A stretch of 63,927 nt of DNA, filler included, from Aduncisulcus paluster (lineage: Eukaryota): assembly GCA_024181965.1 (NCBI GenBank). It is 7 parts of 7 records of this genome, joined end to end, with 100 filler letters (N's around TTAATTAATTAA, not from the genome) between each part and the next. Parts side by side here need not be neighbours in the genome. Positions count along the whole stretch, not along the records: positions 1 to 13,575 come from BQXS01012566.1; positions 13,676 to 22,095 come from BQXS01012569.1; positions 22,196 to 28,648 come from BQXS01012570.1; 4 more parts are not named here. One strand, written 5' to 3'. The position numbers and the translations under genes were made by a program. How positions within the stretch are numbered: position 1 is the stretch's first letter; each line of letters opens with the position of its first letter. The notes beneath the pieces were generated by a model. It was not told the DNA's origin. It saw nothing but the letters and a program-made list of their open reading frames with translations, and did not search any database. Below, piece after piece: positions 10,393 to 23,640 of this stretch.

Positions 10393-10897
10393 GCACTCCT
10401 ATCTCATTGTCATTAAGTTTATTGTCATCGAACATTGCGACTGTAGTGGTGTATATACCACACGAATAAATATAGTTTTACCGATTCGAAAGAGGTCAAA
10501 TATTATAAGCTGAGTTACACTTCTAATTGTATCTGGAATGCCTGAAAAAGCGTTCTCTGAAAAGTTTTTCGTTTGTGAAAGTCTTTCACTGAAAGAAAAC
10601 TCATAAAAGTCTAGTTAGCGGTGTATTCTGAGAAAAAATCAACTCGTTGATCTCATAAGATCAAATGATTCGTGGAGCCTATCATTTTTTGAAACCAATG
10701 CTAAAGGATGTGGACAAAAGATTTACTGAAAATTCAGGGTCGAAATGAGGTTGTTCATTCAAATATTCAACATAATACATTCATTTAATAACTAAAATAT
10801 ATACGTTTCATTCCCAAATACTGCGATAATTGTCCAAATTCTCTTGGTAAATTAAACTGGCAATTTGTGAACAAGTAATAGGATAATCACCCATATT

Positions 10898-13575
10898 ATG
10901 TCTGATAAAAAGGGTGCTTTATTAGAATGGGTTAAAAAGGTATGCACTACGATACCTTCAAACCATTTTTTGAGTTTGTCTTCTGGAGAATGTTATGTGG
11001 ACATATTACTTCATGTTGAACCGAGTCTTCCATTTGAACCATTATTACAATATAGAATGCCAATCACTCCATCATCAGATGATATCGCTTCGGTCGATAG
11101 AATCCGACTACGACTTAAAACTCTTGTAACATGTATAAGACAGTATTTCTCAAAGTTTTATAAATGTATAGTACCAATAGATGTTGTAGATATTACTTCT
11201 TTAACAAAATTAACCGTATTTCGAGCTGATTATGTCATGGAAAAACGAAAGCGACTTCTTAGAGGCCATGCCACTTCACCCCTGTTGTTTTCTCCCCTAG
11301 TTCCAGGTCGATCTGCAGCCTCAGCTATGCCAAATGACATGGATGAAAGTATTTTAGATCATATCATGACATTGGGAGCTTTTATTCTCTATATTTGTGT
11401 TCATTGTCATAACAAGAAATCTTTTATCAATGATATCGTTGAATTGCCGAAAGAAACTCAAAATTTTCTAATGAAAGCCGTTAAAGAAGTTCAAAAAATT
11501 ATTGATGCCGCTCCTCGTGTGAAAGAAAAGCCAATTTCAAGCGTTGAATCTCCATCTCATCAACCAGTTGAATTGAAAACATCAATCGCCCCCAAGAAGC
11601 CGTCTAAATTAATTGGAATTGAAGAAGATATCATTCCTGTTCGATCTCCAATTGTTCCCAACCTGGCTCAGGCTTTTCACGAAAAAGTATTGATTGATCG
11701 ACCCTCAGACAGGATAAAGAAATCAAAGAGTGATATCAAAGCAGGTAGTTCAACATTGTCGGATCATCCTCTCTCGNNNNNNNNNNNNNNNNNNNNCATC
11801 AATCGCCCCCAAGAAGCCGTCTAAATTAATTGGAATTGAAGAAGATATCATTCCTGTTCGATCTCCAATTGTTCCCAACCTGGCTCAGGCTTTTCACGAA
11901 AAAGTATTGATTGATCGACCCTCAGACAGGATAAAGAAATCAAAGAGTGATATCAAAGCAGGTAGTTCAACATTGTCGGATCATCCTCTCTCGATGGATG
12001 AATCCGATGAATATATCGGATCACATCTTCATTCTCGGCAATATCATTCCAATCTGAGTCGTTCTTATCATGAAACAGGACAACCGTCAAGAGATATAAT
12101 GTATAGTAAGTCACAACCTCCATCTGTGGATTATTCCATGGGATCTTCTCTCCAGCACATACATCCCTCACATTCCTATGAACAGGAGAATGTCGTTGGT
12201 AAAAGTGCCGAATCTGTTTCTCCCCGTGTAATTGAAGATGCCCCATCGACTTCAGTGAGTACAGTGAGTGTATCACAAGGAATGTTTGAAGATTTGGATG
12301 AAAAGCTTCGACTTAGTGAACACCAAAAGAACAGATTGACAATTGATCTCGAAATGGAAAGAAGACACAGCGCGGCAATAGACCGTGAACGAAAGTCCCT
12401 GACCGAATTGATGTCAAACCTCGAAATAGACTCACGAAAAAGTGAAACCGATATCTCAAATATTGAAAAGCTCCTCCAAAAGCAGAAACAATTCACATCT
12501 ATGACACAAAAACAATTAATGGATGCTCAAATTGCAATTGGATACGATGTTTCCGGTTCCACTGATGATATTATTCTCTTGAAAACCACTGTGCAGAAGC
12601 AACAAGAGCTTATTGATGATTTACAAAAAACTATAAAAAAAGAGGAAATTCAACGAATTAACCTCGAACAAGAACTTGAGAGAGCGTTGGAACAACATAT
12701 TGCTGAGAAATCAAAGCTTGAACAATCCAACCGAGATCTCATTAACATGATCGAAGTCGAGAAACAAACTCAGGTTTTCACTATTGCCAAACATAAAAAG
12801 GAATTAGAACACACCAAAGAGCAACATCAAATGGATATTACAACAGTGCATAGAAAATTTGAATCTGAAAAGGAATATTATCAATCAACCATAAAAACAC
12901 TCGCTCAATCTAAAGAAGAACTGAATCTTAATATTTCCATTTTAAATGATAAATTATCAAATTCAGAGCAAACGTTATCTACGACCACCGAAGACCTTGA
13001 GCGTACAAAATCTAAGCTTGATGAGACCGAGACTACGCTTGTCAACACTCAGGAGAGACTTGGTGAGACTGAACACAAGCTTGGAGAAACGGAGCAAACG
13101 TTATCTACAACCACCGAAGACCTTGAGCGTACAAAATCTAAGCTTGATGAGACCGAGACTACGCTTGTCAACACTCAGGAGAGACTTGGTGAGACTGAAC
13201 ACAAGCTTGGAGAAACGGAGCAAACGTTATCTACAACCACCGAAGATCTTGAGCGTACAAAGTCTAAGCTTGATGAGACCGAGACTACGCTTGTCAACAC
13301 TCAGGAGAGACTTGGTGAGACTGAACACAAGCTTGGAGAAACGGAGCAAACGTTATCTACAACCACCGAAGATCTTGAGCGTACAAAGTCTAAGCTTGCT
13401 GAGACCGAGACTACGCTTGTCAACACTCAGGAGAGACTTGGTGAGACTGAACACAAGCTTGGAGAAACGGAGCAAATGTTATCTACGACCACCGAAGACC
13501 TTGAGCGTACAAAATCTAAGCTTGCTGAGACCGAGACTACGCTTGTCAACACTCAGGAGAGACTTGGTGAGACTG
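10898..13575 (+). CDS. Hook-family-like protein: N-terminal Hook/CH-like domain plus long coiled coil (3'-partial at gap)
   Basis: ALLEWV...LSSGECYVDILLHVEP and LGAFILYICVHCHNKKSFINDIVELPKETQNFLMKAVKEV resemble the Hook domain. ORFs 10898-11824 and 11730-13631 are one gene split by the duplicated-flank gap at 11777-11796. Confidence 0.75.
12966..13575 (+). repeat. 126-bp (42-aa, six-heptad) coding tandem repeat, about 4.8 copies visible, truncated by gap
   Basis: EQTLSTTTEDLERTKSKLDETETTLVNTQERLGETEHKLGET repeated almost identically. Confidence 0.95.
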
Positions 13576-13675
13576 NNNNNNNNNNNNNNNNNNNNNNNNN
13601 NNNNNNNNNNNNNNNNNNNTTAATTAATTAANNNNNNNNNNNNNNNNNNNNNNNNNNNNNNNNNNNNNNNNNNNN
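13576..13675. other. Artificial 100-bp gap linker N44-TTAATTAATTAA-N44 (also 22096-22195, 28649-28748, 39771-39870, 57071-57170, 60236-60335)
   Basis: Identical all-frame stop linker embedded in Ns at six places. Confidence 0.97.
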
Positions 13676-16600
13676 AATGTCTGCCGAGCTGTCTTCGGAA
13701 TTAACTGAGCTAACACGTCGTTTGGTGTCTGACATTATTCAGGAGAGTGTGCAAGAAAAAGAGTTGGACTTTGAAATTGGTCTTTCTGAAGTGAAGGCTG
13801 AGTTTGAAGAGCTCAGTGGGAAAGTTTCCACACTTGGTAAAACTCTTGATCTTGAAACGATCGTTGAGCTCATCCGTTCCCAGCTTTCTTCAGCCATGGG
13901 ATCTGTTGAGGAGCGGATAGAAGGTCGTATTAAGGATGAGCTTGTCTCTGCTGTCTCTGTCCAGGTATCTGAAGATCTCAGGCCTACTATTGATGAGATT
14001 GTGGACGATCGTCTGGATTCCTCCATCACAGAGGCCATGACAACGGCCATCAGTGAATACGTCTCCGAATATGTGTTTGAAGAGCTTGCCAAGAGAGATG
14101 AAGAGTGGGAGAAAAAGTTTAGTGCAATGAGTCAAGGTACAGTGCATTCTTCAGTCTCTGCGGAAGAGAAGAAGGAAGAAGAGGAACAGAAGGAGGGTGG
14201 GGAACCCTCAGACAGTGATGATGTTGGCCCTGTACAGCCTGAGAAAGTTTCTCAAGACGAACAACCTAAAATTGAGAAAGAAAGCTCTATAAATAGCCAT
14301 GAACAACCCATCCTCTCCACTGCTGCTGCTTCTACTGGATCCTTTAGTGGAACTGTTGGGTCCACCCCTGTTGACATTGATGCTATTGTTGAACTGAAGG
14401 TTTCTGTACGTATGAGAGAAATGGAAGAAAGGATGAAGCAAATGGAAGATAGATTATTGTCTCTCCATGGACAAGAAAGTACACTTCAAGATACATCTAG
14501 GGATATTAATGTTGACCTTGAGGAGAAGAAACAGGAAGAAGAAGAGGAGGAGGAGAAGGAGGAAGAGGAGGAGAAGGAGGAAGAGAAACAGGAAGAGGAA
14601 GAAGAAGAGGAAATAGTTGTACAAGAACCTGTTGTTGGTCCCACTCCTGCTGTTCTTTCATATGTGACTTTTGAACAACTTGAACAACTCAAAGAATCCC
14701 TTTCTGTTCAGATAGGAGACATCGCTGGGTCTATTTCTAATGTCCAAGGAGACATTATGAGTGTTAAGCAAGATACAGATACTGCTTTGGTTAGTCTGGA
14801 CTCAAGGTGTTCGCTACTTGAACAGGAAAAGGCTGATACCTTGAAGAGCTCTGAGCGTTTGGATGCCTATACTGAAGAGCTTAAAGAAGAGAGAGAGAAA
14901 GAAAAAGAAGAGATTCATGCACTTACATCAAGGGTGAAGAAAGCCCTCTCTTCTCTGTCCCTTCATGTGGAAGAAAGGACAAAAGATATCATTAAAATGT
15001 CCAGCTTAGAGGAAAGAGTGGTCTCGATCGAGAGTTTCTTGCCTTTTGCATCCCTGAAGTCTGAATCTATACTCCCTGATACATCAAGTCCTATATCAGC
15101 TCCAATTGGAGGTCTCTCCTCATTCTCTTTGTCTCCTTCTGCTCCCATCTTGCCCCATTCTGCGTTTGATAAACTCTCCGAACGTATAGGCCACCTTGAA
15201 CAAGTCGTTCAGCAGATCCAGGGCACTGTGTCGCGTGCTGTCAGTGACTATCGTCTTGAGGAGGTCGAGAGCAATCTCCATGAACAACTTGACAAGGTTA
15301 GAGAGAGCGTTGGAAGACTTAGGAAGNNNNNNNNNNNNNNNNNNNNAATGATACATCAAGTCCTATATCAGCTCCAATTGGAGGTCTCTCCTCATTCTCT
15401 TTGTCTCCTTCTGCTCCCATCTTGCCCCATTCTGCGTTTGATAAACTCTCCGAACGTATAGGCCACCTTGAACAAGTCGTTCAGCAGATCCAGGGCACTG
15501 TGTCGCGTGCTGTCAGTGACTATCGTCTTGAGGAGGTCGAGAGCAATCTCCATGAACAACTTGACAAGGTTAGAGAGAGCGTTGGAAGACTTAGGAAGAT
15601 TAGGACGAAGGTTCTAAGTCCTGATATCCTTCGTCTTGCCCTTCGAGGTAACTCTGAGTCTAAGAAGTCTTCTCATACTCCCAGGTCTGGCAAGAAGATA
15701 GCCAGAAGGGGAACCCAGGATTATTCTTCCTCTATGACACCCGTGGTAACTTCCACGCCTATTCCAACTGCTCCTGTTCATTCTACCAACAATACAGACA
15801 GTGTGACTGTGACCCTTGACTCTCCTGTGGTTGCCGATAGTTCCATTGACACTGCTCAGTCCAAGTCTTTCGACTCAAAGGATCCTCACACGGGTGAAGT
15901 GAGTGTTTCTCCTTGTGTGTTGACCATGTCTACCAATCTAGATCCCCTGCCAACTCCATTGCCCAAGGAACAAGACACTCATGCTAAAAAGTCTTCTTCT
16001 CTGGTGGTTTCGAAGAAGAAGAAGATGGGGGTTTCATATAAGCATAAATTCTTCACATTTGAAGTGAATAAGTTCAGGGAACCTCGAGTTCTTACTTGGA
16101 AGGTTAGTCAACCCACTAGGAAATCTATCACTAAGCCTATCCCAATTCCAACTATTTCCTCGACATCTGTGACTTCTTCTGAGCTTAAACAAGCCAAGGT
16201 GGGCGTCATGCGTGTTCTTCCGACACCCACACCTAATTCCACTGTTCCCAAGCCTCCTATTCTAATAGATAGTGCGTCATGTGTGTGTGGCGATTGTGTG
16301 TTGTTTGTTGGCGGTGTGAATGAAGAAGGCGAGCAATCAAACGGTGTCTATCTCTTCAATCCTCAGCGCAATTATTGGTGGACACTGCCTACACTCCCTC
16401 AGAACACTCGTGGTGGGTGTGTCTGTGTCTGTGAAGGAGGAATCGTGTATTTTGGAGATGGTTTACCTGTTTATCGACTTCCTCTTGATGCCCCTAGCGT
16501 AAAAATGTGTGGCATTGTCCGTGCTGTCGATGTTATTGACCTCCACGAAGAGCAGGAGCATGGTAACTCTGGTCAAGGGGCTGGGCAAGAGTCTGTGAAC

Positions 16601-17449
16601 GAACCAAAGCAGAGCCCAAGTATCCAGGTCCAGGGAGTCAGCGAGAAGAAGGTAGTTCCAGATACCTGGGAACAACTCAATGCTCCGAGTGAATACCGCA
16701 AACTCATTGCTGGTATGCGCTCGGGTTATACTGCTGCAAGTGGACGGTTTATTGTTGTTTGTCCAGTCTCTGCCAAAGTGCCTTCTCCCCTCACCTCTGG
16801 AGTGACTTCTAAAGCCCTTACCACCAGGCAAGGATCTTCTTCTTCGCTTCATTCTTATGCATCTGCCTTCCTTCAGCCCTTCATTGTATATATTCCAAGA
16901 GATTCTGAGTTTGGAGAAGAGTCTGAATCTGAGACTGTTAAATTCATCGCAGCGACCCGAATTCCTCTTCCACTCTTCTACCAAACAAAGTCTCATCCGT
17001 TGTCCTTCACTGTTATGAGCACATCTCGCCCGTTCGACCTTGAAGAAGTCCATTCTTTCCTATTGGTCGAAGGTAGTGGGGCTTGTTTGGCCATTGTCAT
17101 TGATCAGAGAAGTTTCTCAAAGGGTGAGAAGAAAATGGAGAGTGAGAAAATGGAGAGTGCTGGAAAGGCGGCAGATGCTGAAGATGAGAAGACTATCATG
17201 GAAACTCCAACGACTACCGAGGCTTTCTCCTTCCCAATGAAAATGATTCCTATTCCGGCAATCTTGCCCTCTCGTGGTGACGTGTTCGTTGATGCGTGTT
17301 GTATCAAGATGGAATGTGGAGGCTGTGTGACAAGAAGTTCTTCTCTCGGAAGTGGGAGGGAGATTATGTTATTCGATGGGCAAGTTAAAACGTGGAAAAA
17401 GGTTGGATTACTTCCAATAACTGAAAAAATGAATTTGTTCTTCATTTAA
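13676..17449 (+). CDS. Acidic coiled-coil protein with C-terminal Kelch-like repeats; probably the 3' part of the Hook-like gene
   Basis: ORFs 13677-15461 and 15401-17449 join once the duplicated flank at the 15327-15346 gap is removed; Kelch-like VLFVGGVNEEGEQSNGVYLFNPQRNYWWTLPTLP and FDGQVKTWKKVGLLP. Confidence 0.7.
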
Positions 17450-17532
17450 AGATGTTTTCCTATTCCCAAGATTGTTTTGTATTGAAATAAAAGATCATTA
17501 TTGTACAGTATACTATACTGAGTATAGTATAG

Positions 17533-17982
17533 TACACTCGTGCTGCCGAGAGTGATTTCATTCGATTGTTGGGCAAATACAAGTTCCCACGAAAAGGTGT
17601 TGTGCACAGTTTCACAGGCAGTGCTGCCGAGAGAGATGCTATTCTGAAGCTTGGGTTCGATATCGGTGTTAACGGGTGTTCCTTGAAGACGGAAGAGAAC
17701 CTCAGAGTTGTGCGTGATATTCCTCTCGATCGACTCCACTTAGAGACGGATGCCCCCTGGTGTGAGATCCGTACAAGCCATGCGTCGTATAAGTATGTCA
17801 AGACACGATTCCCTGCCAAGAAGAAGGAGAAGTTTGTGGTGGGTCAGCTTGTCAAGAGTCGCAATGAAGTGTGTTGTATCATCCAGGTTGCAGAGGTTAT
17901 CAGTGGATTGTTGGACATTTCCATGGATGTCGTCACGAGGACTTGCTTTGAGAACTCTGATAAGATGTATTTTGCGCCCTGA
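17533..17982 (+). pseudogene. TATDN1: TatD (TATDN1-like) DNase, C-terminal half only
   Basis: GVVHSFTG, IGVNGCSLKTEEN, LETDAPWCEIR, KSRNE motifs. Homology starts at (Y)TRAAESDF only ~85 bp after the upstream stop; no N-terminal half present. Confidence 0.8.
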
Positions 17983-18782
17983 GTTCTGAGGTCAGTTCAA
18001 AGTGGATACACACAAAAAAAAGAGGGTATGTTATCAAACTAAATAAGTAGAAATCTGTGGATCTTGTGGAGCTTGGCATGCATAGTAACCATGACTGGAA
18101 GGATTGGTTGAGTGATGATCTGATGAAGTGATCATGAAGTTAGATGAATAGAAGTTAGACAAGAGCTCAAAGAACTTGGACGAGATAGATCTATGAGTTT
18201 ATTNNNNNNNNNNNNNNNNNNNNTCAGAGGTTATCAGTGGATTGTTGGACATTTCCATGGATGTCGTCACGAGGACTTGCTTTGAGAACTCTGATAAGAT
18301 GTATTTTGCGCCCTGAGTTCTGAGGTCAGTTCAAAGTGGATACACACAAAAAAAAGAGGGTATGTTATCAAACTAAATAAGTAGAAATCTGTGGATCTTG
18401 TGGAGCTTGGCATGCATAGTAACCATGACTGGAAGGATTGGTTGAGTGATGATCTGATGAAGTGATCATGAAGTTAGATGAATAGAAGTTAGACAAGAGC
18501 TCAAAGAACTTGGACGAGATAGATCTATGAGTTTATTTGTCTTGTAAAATTCACCATAATGATTCATCATGAATGATTCATTTGTTACTTCATCCGTAGT
18601 GACCATAGTCTGGACATCTGAATGAATCTTACTGCCATTCTTCTTTGACATTGTTATCAGCTAATCAGCCATCCTGTGACGGGATTCCTGTCGAACAGTG
18701 GGAGTTAATCTCACACTTTTGTTCATTTAACTTTCCCAATAAATACCATTTCTTCATATTCGAGAATCTATGAGCATTACCT

Positions 18783-21700
18783 TCACAAGAAATACTTGTT
18801 CGCAAGCAACTGGATGGCTGTGGGTCGTCTTTGAGGAGTGTCTCCTATTGTACATGCAGACACTATCGCAGACAACTCATCGGGCATGGGGATGAATGAC
18901 TCAGAATCTGATTGTTCCCAGAGTAGGAATACTTTCTGGATTAACTTACCAAATGAGTAAATATCACAGGAAGAATGGGGTTTTTTATGACTCTTGGCAT
19001 CTTGACGAAACTCTGGTGCCATAAATTCTTCTGTTCCAACAATTGAACGACTCATATGAAGAACTTGAATTGCACGTTCACTACAATCGACAGCACCCTC
19101 GAAGTCACACAGAAGACCATTTCCAGACGAATCAACAAGAACATTCTGAGGCTTCAGATCACAATGAACAATATCCTGGGAATGTAGATATGAAAGACCA
19201 TGGAGAATGCACTTCAAGATCTTGGTGATGTCTTGCAAGGAACGAGGAGTAGAAGAAGATATCCACTTGCACAGATCACCCTGTTCATAGAATGGGAACA
19301 GCAGATATGCACCTTCTTTCTTTGGATTGAAGGGATGACGATCTGTGAATGCACCCAACAAAGGAACAATGTATGGACAGACTCTACATTTACGACTGGT
19401 GATGGCAGATCGAAGAAGATGTCTGAAAGATCTTGAATCACTGGTATCAATTGGGAAGAACTTTAGAATACGCAACTCAGAGTGTTCTCCACCAACATGA
19501 GATTGTTCCCAACGAGCTGTGAAGATATTGCCTTCATTCTTAAATCCACCCTGAATGAGTTGTTTGGATCCACTTACGTCAGAACTTGTCAGTTGGTGAA
19601 TATCATGGAATAGTTCAAGATTCATACCAATGGTGAAGAGGAAAGGAATGGAAGAAGTAGTCGTAAAATCGTCATCCAATACATTGTTCATATTCAGAAC
19701 AGGGGGGATAGAGAACCCCAAGGAACTCAAGAAGGATGCATGTTGATGGAGTTCAAAAGAACAATGACATTGTTCATTCATATGAGCACGAACTTGTGAG
19801 ATGGCATCTTTGTATTGTTTAAGTTTTGTCTTGAGATCTGAGATTGCAAGTGTAATCGACTCGGCATCATCTGGATCATCAGGGTCCTCACCAGGAAGTG
19901 AAGGAAGTGAAATGGAGAATCGGAAAGAAGTGGATGATGATGAGAGAGATTGGCTTCCTTGATCATGATGTTCTTGGTCTTCTTCTTTCAAACCTTGTTG
20001 AATCTCCTCGAGTTTCTTTGTTTGACTTGCAATCTTATTCTTGATCACAACCATCTCGGCTTTGGTAGTCCTCACATATTCTTTCATCCGTTCCATATTC
20101 TTGGCTATAAACTTCATTTCAGTTGGACTTTGTTCGATCCTCGCAACACTCTTACGCATACTGCACAAGTCACGCACTCGAAGCACACAACAGCATGCAG
20201 TGAGATACATCTCTTCCCTCATTCGAAGATATGCAATCGCTTGCTCCAACGAACTCGTCTCATTCTTCAGACAATCAAGGAAGAAGGACTCGATATCAGG
20301 ATTCACACGGATGGATTGAGGAGAACTCAAAGACAGGATGCTTTCAGAATCACTCAACACACCGATCTCTTTCTTGCACTGATCGATCACATTATCCTCC
20401 ACATCAACGATGGACATGTCAGCATCAAAACATGAGTCGGATTGTAGTTGTCCATTCAGTCGTGCCTCAAGGGATGTGAACTTGGAATCTGTTGTGGAGG
20501 CTTGTGAGTGACATTCGGATACCATCGATTGCAAGAATGATATATTCTTGTGAATGAACTCTTTTCGAGCACTCATTGTTTCTGTGAATTCTGGGTGCAA
20601 GGTTGATCCACAAGATGATGGCAGTAATAAATGAAGGTTGGAGATGAGAGAAAGAATTCTATCATGAAGAGAAGCAAAAGTTGGCAGAGCAGAAGTTGAA
20701 CCTCCTTGATAAGATGTATCATCAGAAGAATCAGAAATAGAAACATCATGTATTCTGTTATTTTGATGGTGAGGTCCAGAAGATAACGGACCGTTAAATG
20801 AAATATCGTCAACAGAATCAGTAACAGAGCCATCTTCACCACAATGAACAGGGATAGAGGCTGAGTTGATACAGAAAGATATGGAAGAGAGGAATGAATC
20901 AGAATAATCTTTCCTCAAATATTCACTTAAACAGTCACTTTCCCCATCCTTCTTCTCTTCCTCTTTCTCTCCATCAACTCCCTCTTCTTCACTCTCGACA
21001 CTTGATGATGACACTCCATGCAGAATCGAACTGACTTCACTCACAAAAGCTTCGAGATCAATGGTTCCAATTTGTTCAATTTCACTCCATGAATCCTCCA
21101 CAAGAACAGCCATATCAAAACAAGAGTGTTTCTCACTTTGACCATATTTGGAAACACATTCCTCAAATACTGATGCAACCTTATCGAATTGGACAAGACA
21201 TTCGGACAAAGGTTTGGATAGATGTTCACTCGATGTTATCAAAGATGATCGTGTGCAGACACTGTAGCCAGAAGAACCATGGGGCTGATCAAGACCACTG
21301 AGATATTGTGAGAGGAATTGTAACAGGAATGAACACACAGATTTGTTGGCTTTGATCACATGTTCCATCCTTGATGAAGTGATACGAGAGCAGACACGAG
21401 AACACTCCGAACAGATGGCATTGATCTTGGATTCTAATAGTTCAGAAGAAATTGGCTCTGCAGGGAGTAAGGAGAGACATAACTCACGTAAATTATGCAA
21501 GTCACGATATCCAGAAACATCGGGCATATGAATGGCATCCATGGCATTGTGAACATCTTCGTTCGCAAGCTGATCATTCGTGTACACAAGCATCGAGAGG
21601 AATCTCCACCGAGGAAGAGATGTCTGGTATAGATCCTCGGCAGCAAGGGAAGAGACGATCTGGCATGGAAAGTGGGAATCAACAGAGTCTTCATCAGACA

Positions 21701-22095
21701 GAGGGATTAATGTATCAAGATCGGGCACGAAGGATCGACGATGTTCTATCACTTGGTCATGTTCATCCTGCACTCGTTGAGCAACAGACACAGATTGTCC
21801 AGCAACTCGGACAGACAAAGCACTGAGTTCACTCTGGAGGGATGTGCAAGTACGTTCCAACATCGATCCTTGCTGATCAGAATGTTGACGATGTTGACCA
21901 ATGAGGGAAATGGTATCTTCAAGCTGTTTGGAATGACCATCGAGATCTGATCGATGCTCAGAGATTGTTGTCTTGTGTTTAGAGATTGTTGTTTGCAGTT
22001 GAGATGTGGTACTAAGAAGGGTTGTGATCTGTTCTGCTTGAGTATGAATAAGGGACTTACAAGAGGAGATTTCAGACATCTGTTTGTGGATGGTT
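18783..22095 (-). CDS. Protein kinase with long coiled-coil/helical N-terminal region (5'-partial at gap)
   Basis: HCDLKPQNVLV, LCDFEG, GTEEFMAPE, DIYSFG, RRPTAIQLL; frame is open up to the gap. Confidence 0.9.
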
Positions 22096-22195
22096 NNNNN
22101 NNNNNNNNNNNNNNNNNNNNNNNNNNNNNNNNNNNNNNNTTAATTAATTAANNNNNNNNNNNNNNNNNNNNNNNNNNNNNNNNNNNNNNNNNNNN

Positions 22196-23640
22196 GCTAG
22201 AACTCACAGAACTCGACAGTTGTTTGTTCTCTGCTTGCAACGACGATAGACCAGAATCTCTGTCCTCAAGTAATGCCTGAGTACTCTTCAATGTAGCTTG
22301 CAACGTTTCAATCTCAGCTTTGCTAGAACTCACAGAACTCGACAGTTGCTTGTTCTCTGCTTGCAACGACGACAGACCAGAATCTCTGTCCTCAAGTAAT
22401 GCCTGAGTACTCTTCAATGTAACTTGCAACGCTTCAATCTCAGCTTTGCTAGAACTCACAGAACTCGACAGTTGCTTGTTCTCTGCTTGCAACGACGACA
22501 GACCAGAATCTCTGTCCTCAAGTAATGCCTGAGTACTCTTCAATGTAACTTGCAACGCTTCAATCTCAGCTTTGCTAGAACTCACAGAACTCGACAGTTG
22601 CTTGTTCTCTGCTTGCAACGACGACAGATCAGCATATCTGTCCTCAAGTAATGCCTGAGTACTCTTCAATGTAGCTTGCAACGTTTCAATCTCAGCTTTG
22701 CTAGAACTCACAGAACTCGACAGTTGCTTGTTCTCTGCTTGCAACGTTTCAATCTCAGCTTTGCTAGAACTCACAGAACTCGACAGTTGTTTGTTCTCTG
22801 CTTGCAACGTTTCAATCTCAGCTTTGCTAGAACTCACAGAACTCGACAGTTGCTTGTTCTCTGCTTGCAACGACGACAGACCAGAATCTCTGTCCTCAAG
22901 TAATGCCTGAGTACTCTTCAATGTAACTTGCAACGCTTCAATCTCAGCTTTGCTAGAACTCACAGAACTCGACAGTTGTTTGTTCTCTGCTTGCAACGAC
23001 GATAGACCAGAATCTCTGTCCTCAAGTAATGCCTGAGTACTCTTCAATGTAGCTTGCAACGTTTCAATCTCAGCTTTGCTAGAACTCACAGAACTCGACA
23101 GTTGCTTGTTCTCTGCTTGCAACGACGACAGACCAGAATCTCTGTCCTCAAGTAATGCCTGAGTACTCTTCAATGTAACTTGCAACGCTTCAATCTCAGC
23201 TTTGCTAGAACTCACAGAACTCGACAGTTGCTTGTTCTCTGCTTGCAACGTTTCAATCTCAGCTTTGCTAGAACTCACAGAACTCGACAGTTGCTTGTTC
23301 TCTGCTTGCAACGTTTCAATCTCAGCTTTGCTAGAACTCACAGAACTCGACAGTTGTTTGTTCTCTGCTTGCAACGCTTCAATCTCAGCTTTGCTAGAAC
23401 TCACAGAACTCGACAGTTGTTTGTTCTCTGCTTGCAACGCTTCAATCTCAGCTTTGCTAGAACTCACAGAACTCGACAGTTGCTTGTTCTCTGCTTGCAA
23501 CGACGACAGACCAGAATCTCTGTCCTCAAGTAATGCCTGAGTACTCTTCAATGTAACTTGCAACGCTTCAATCTCAGCTTTGCTAGAACTCACAGAACTC
23601 GACAGTTGCTTGTTCTCTGCTTGCAACGACGACAGATCAT
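22196..23640 (-). repeat. Two-module 63-bp coding tandem array
   Basis: A=LQAENKQLSSSVSSSKAEIE(A/T), B=LQ(V/A)TLKSTQALLEDRDSGLSS, about 23 modules. Confidence 0.95.

Noticed and set aside
13620..13631. Recurrent TTAATTAATTAA motif
   Set aside because: Always embedded in Ns; artificial all-frame stop linker, so ORF ends there are not real
22196..23640. CRISPR-like regularly spaced repeats (also 12966-13575)
   Set aside because: The intervening units are identical, not unique spacers; the arrays are in-frame coiled-coil coding; no cas genes; eukaryotic context
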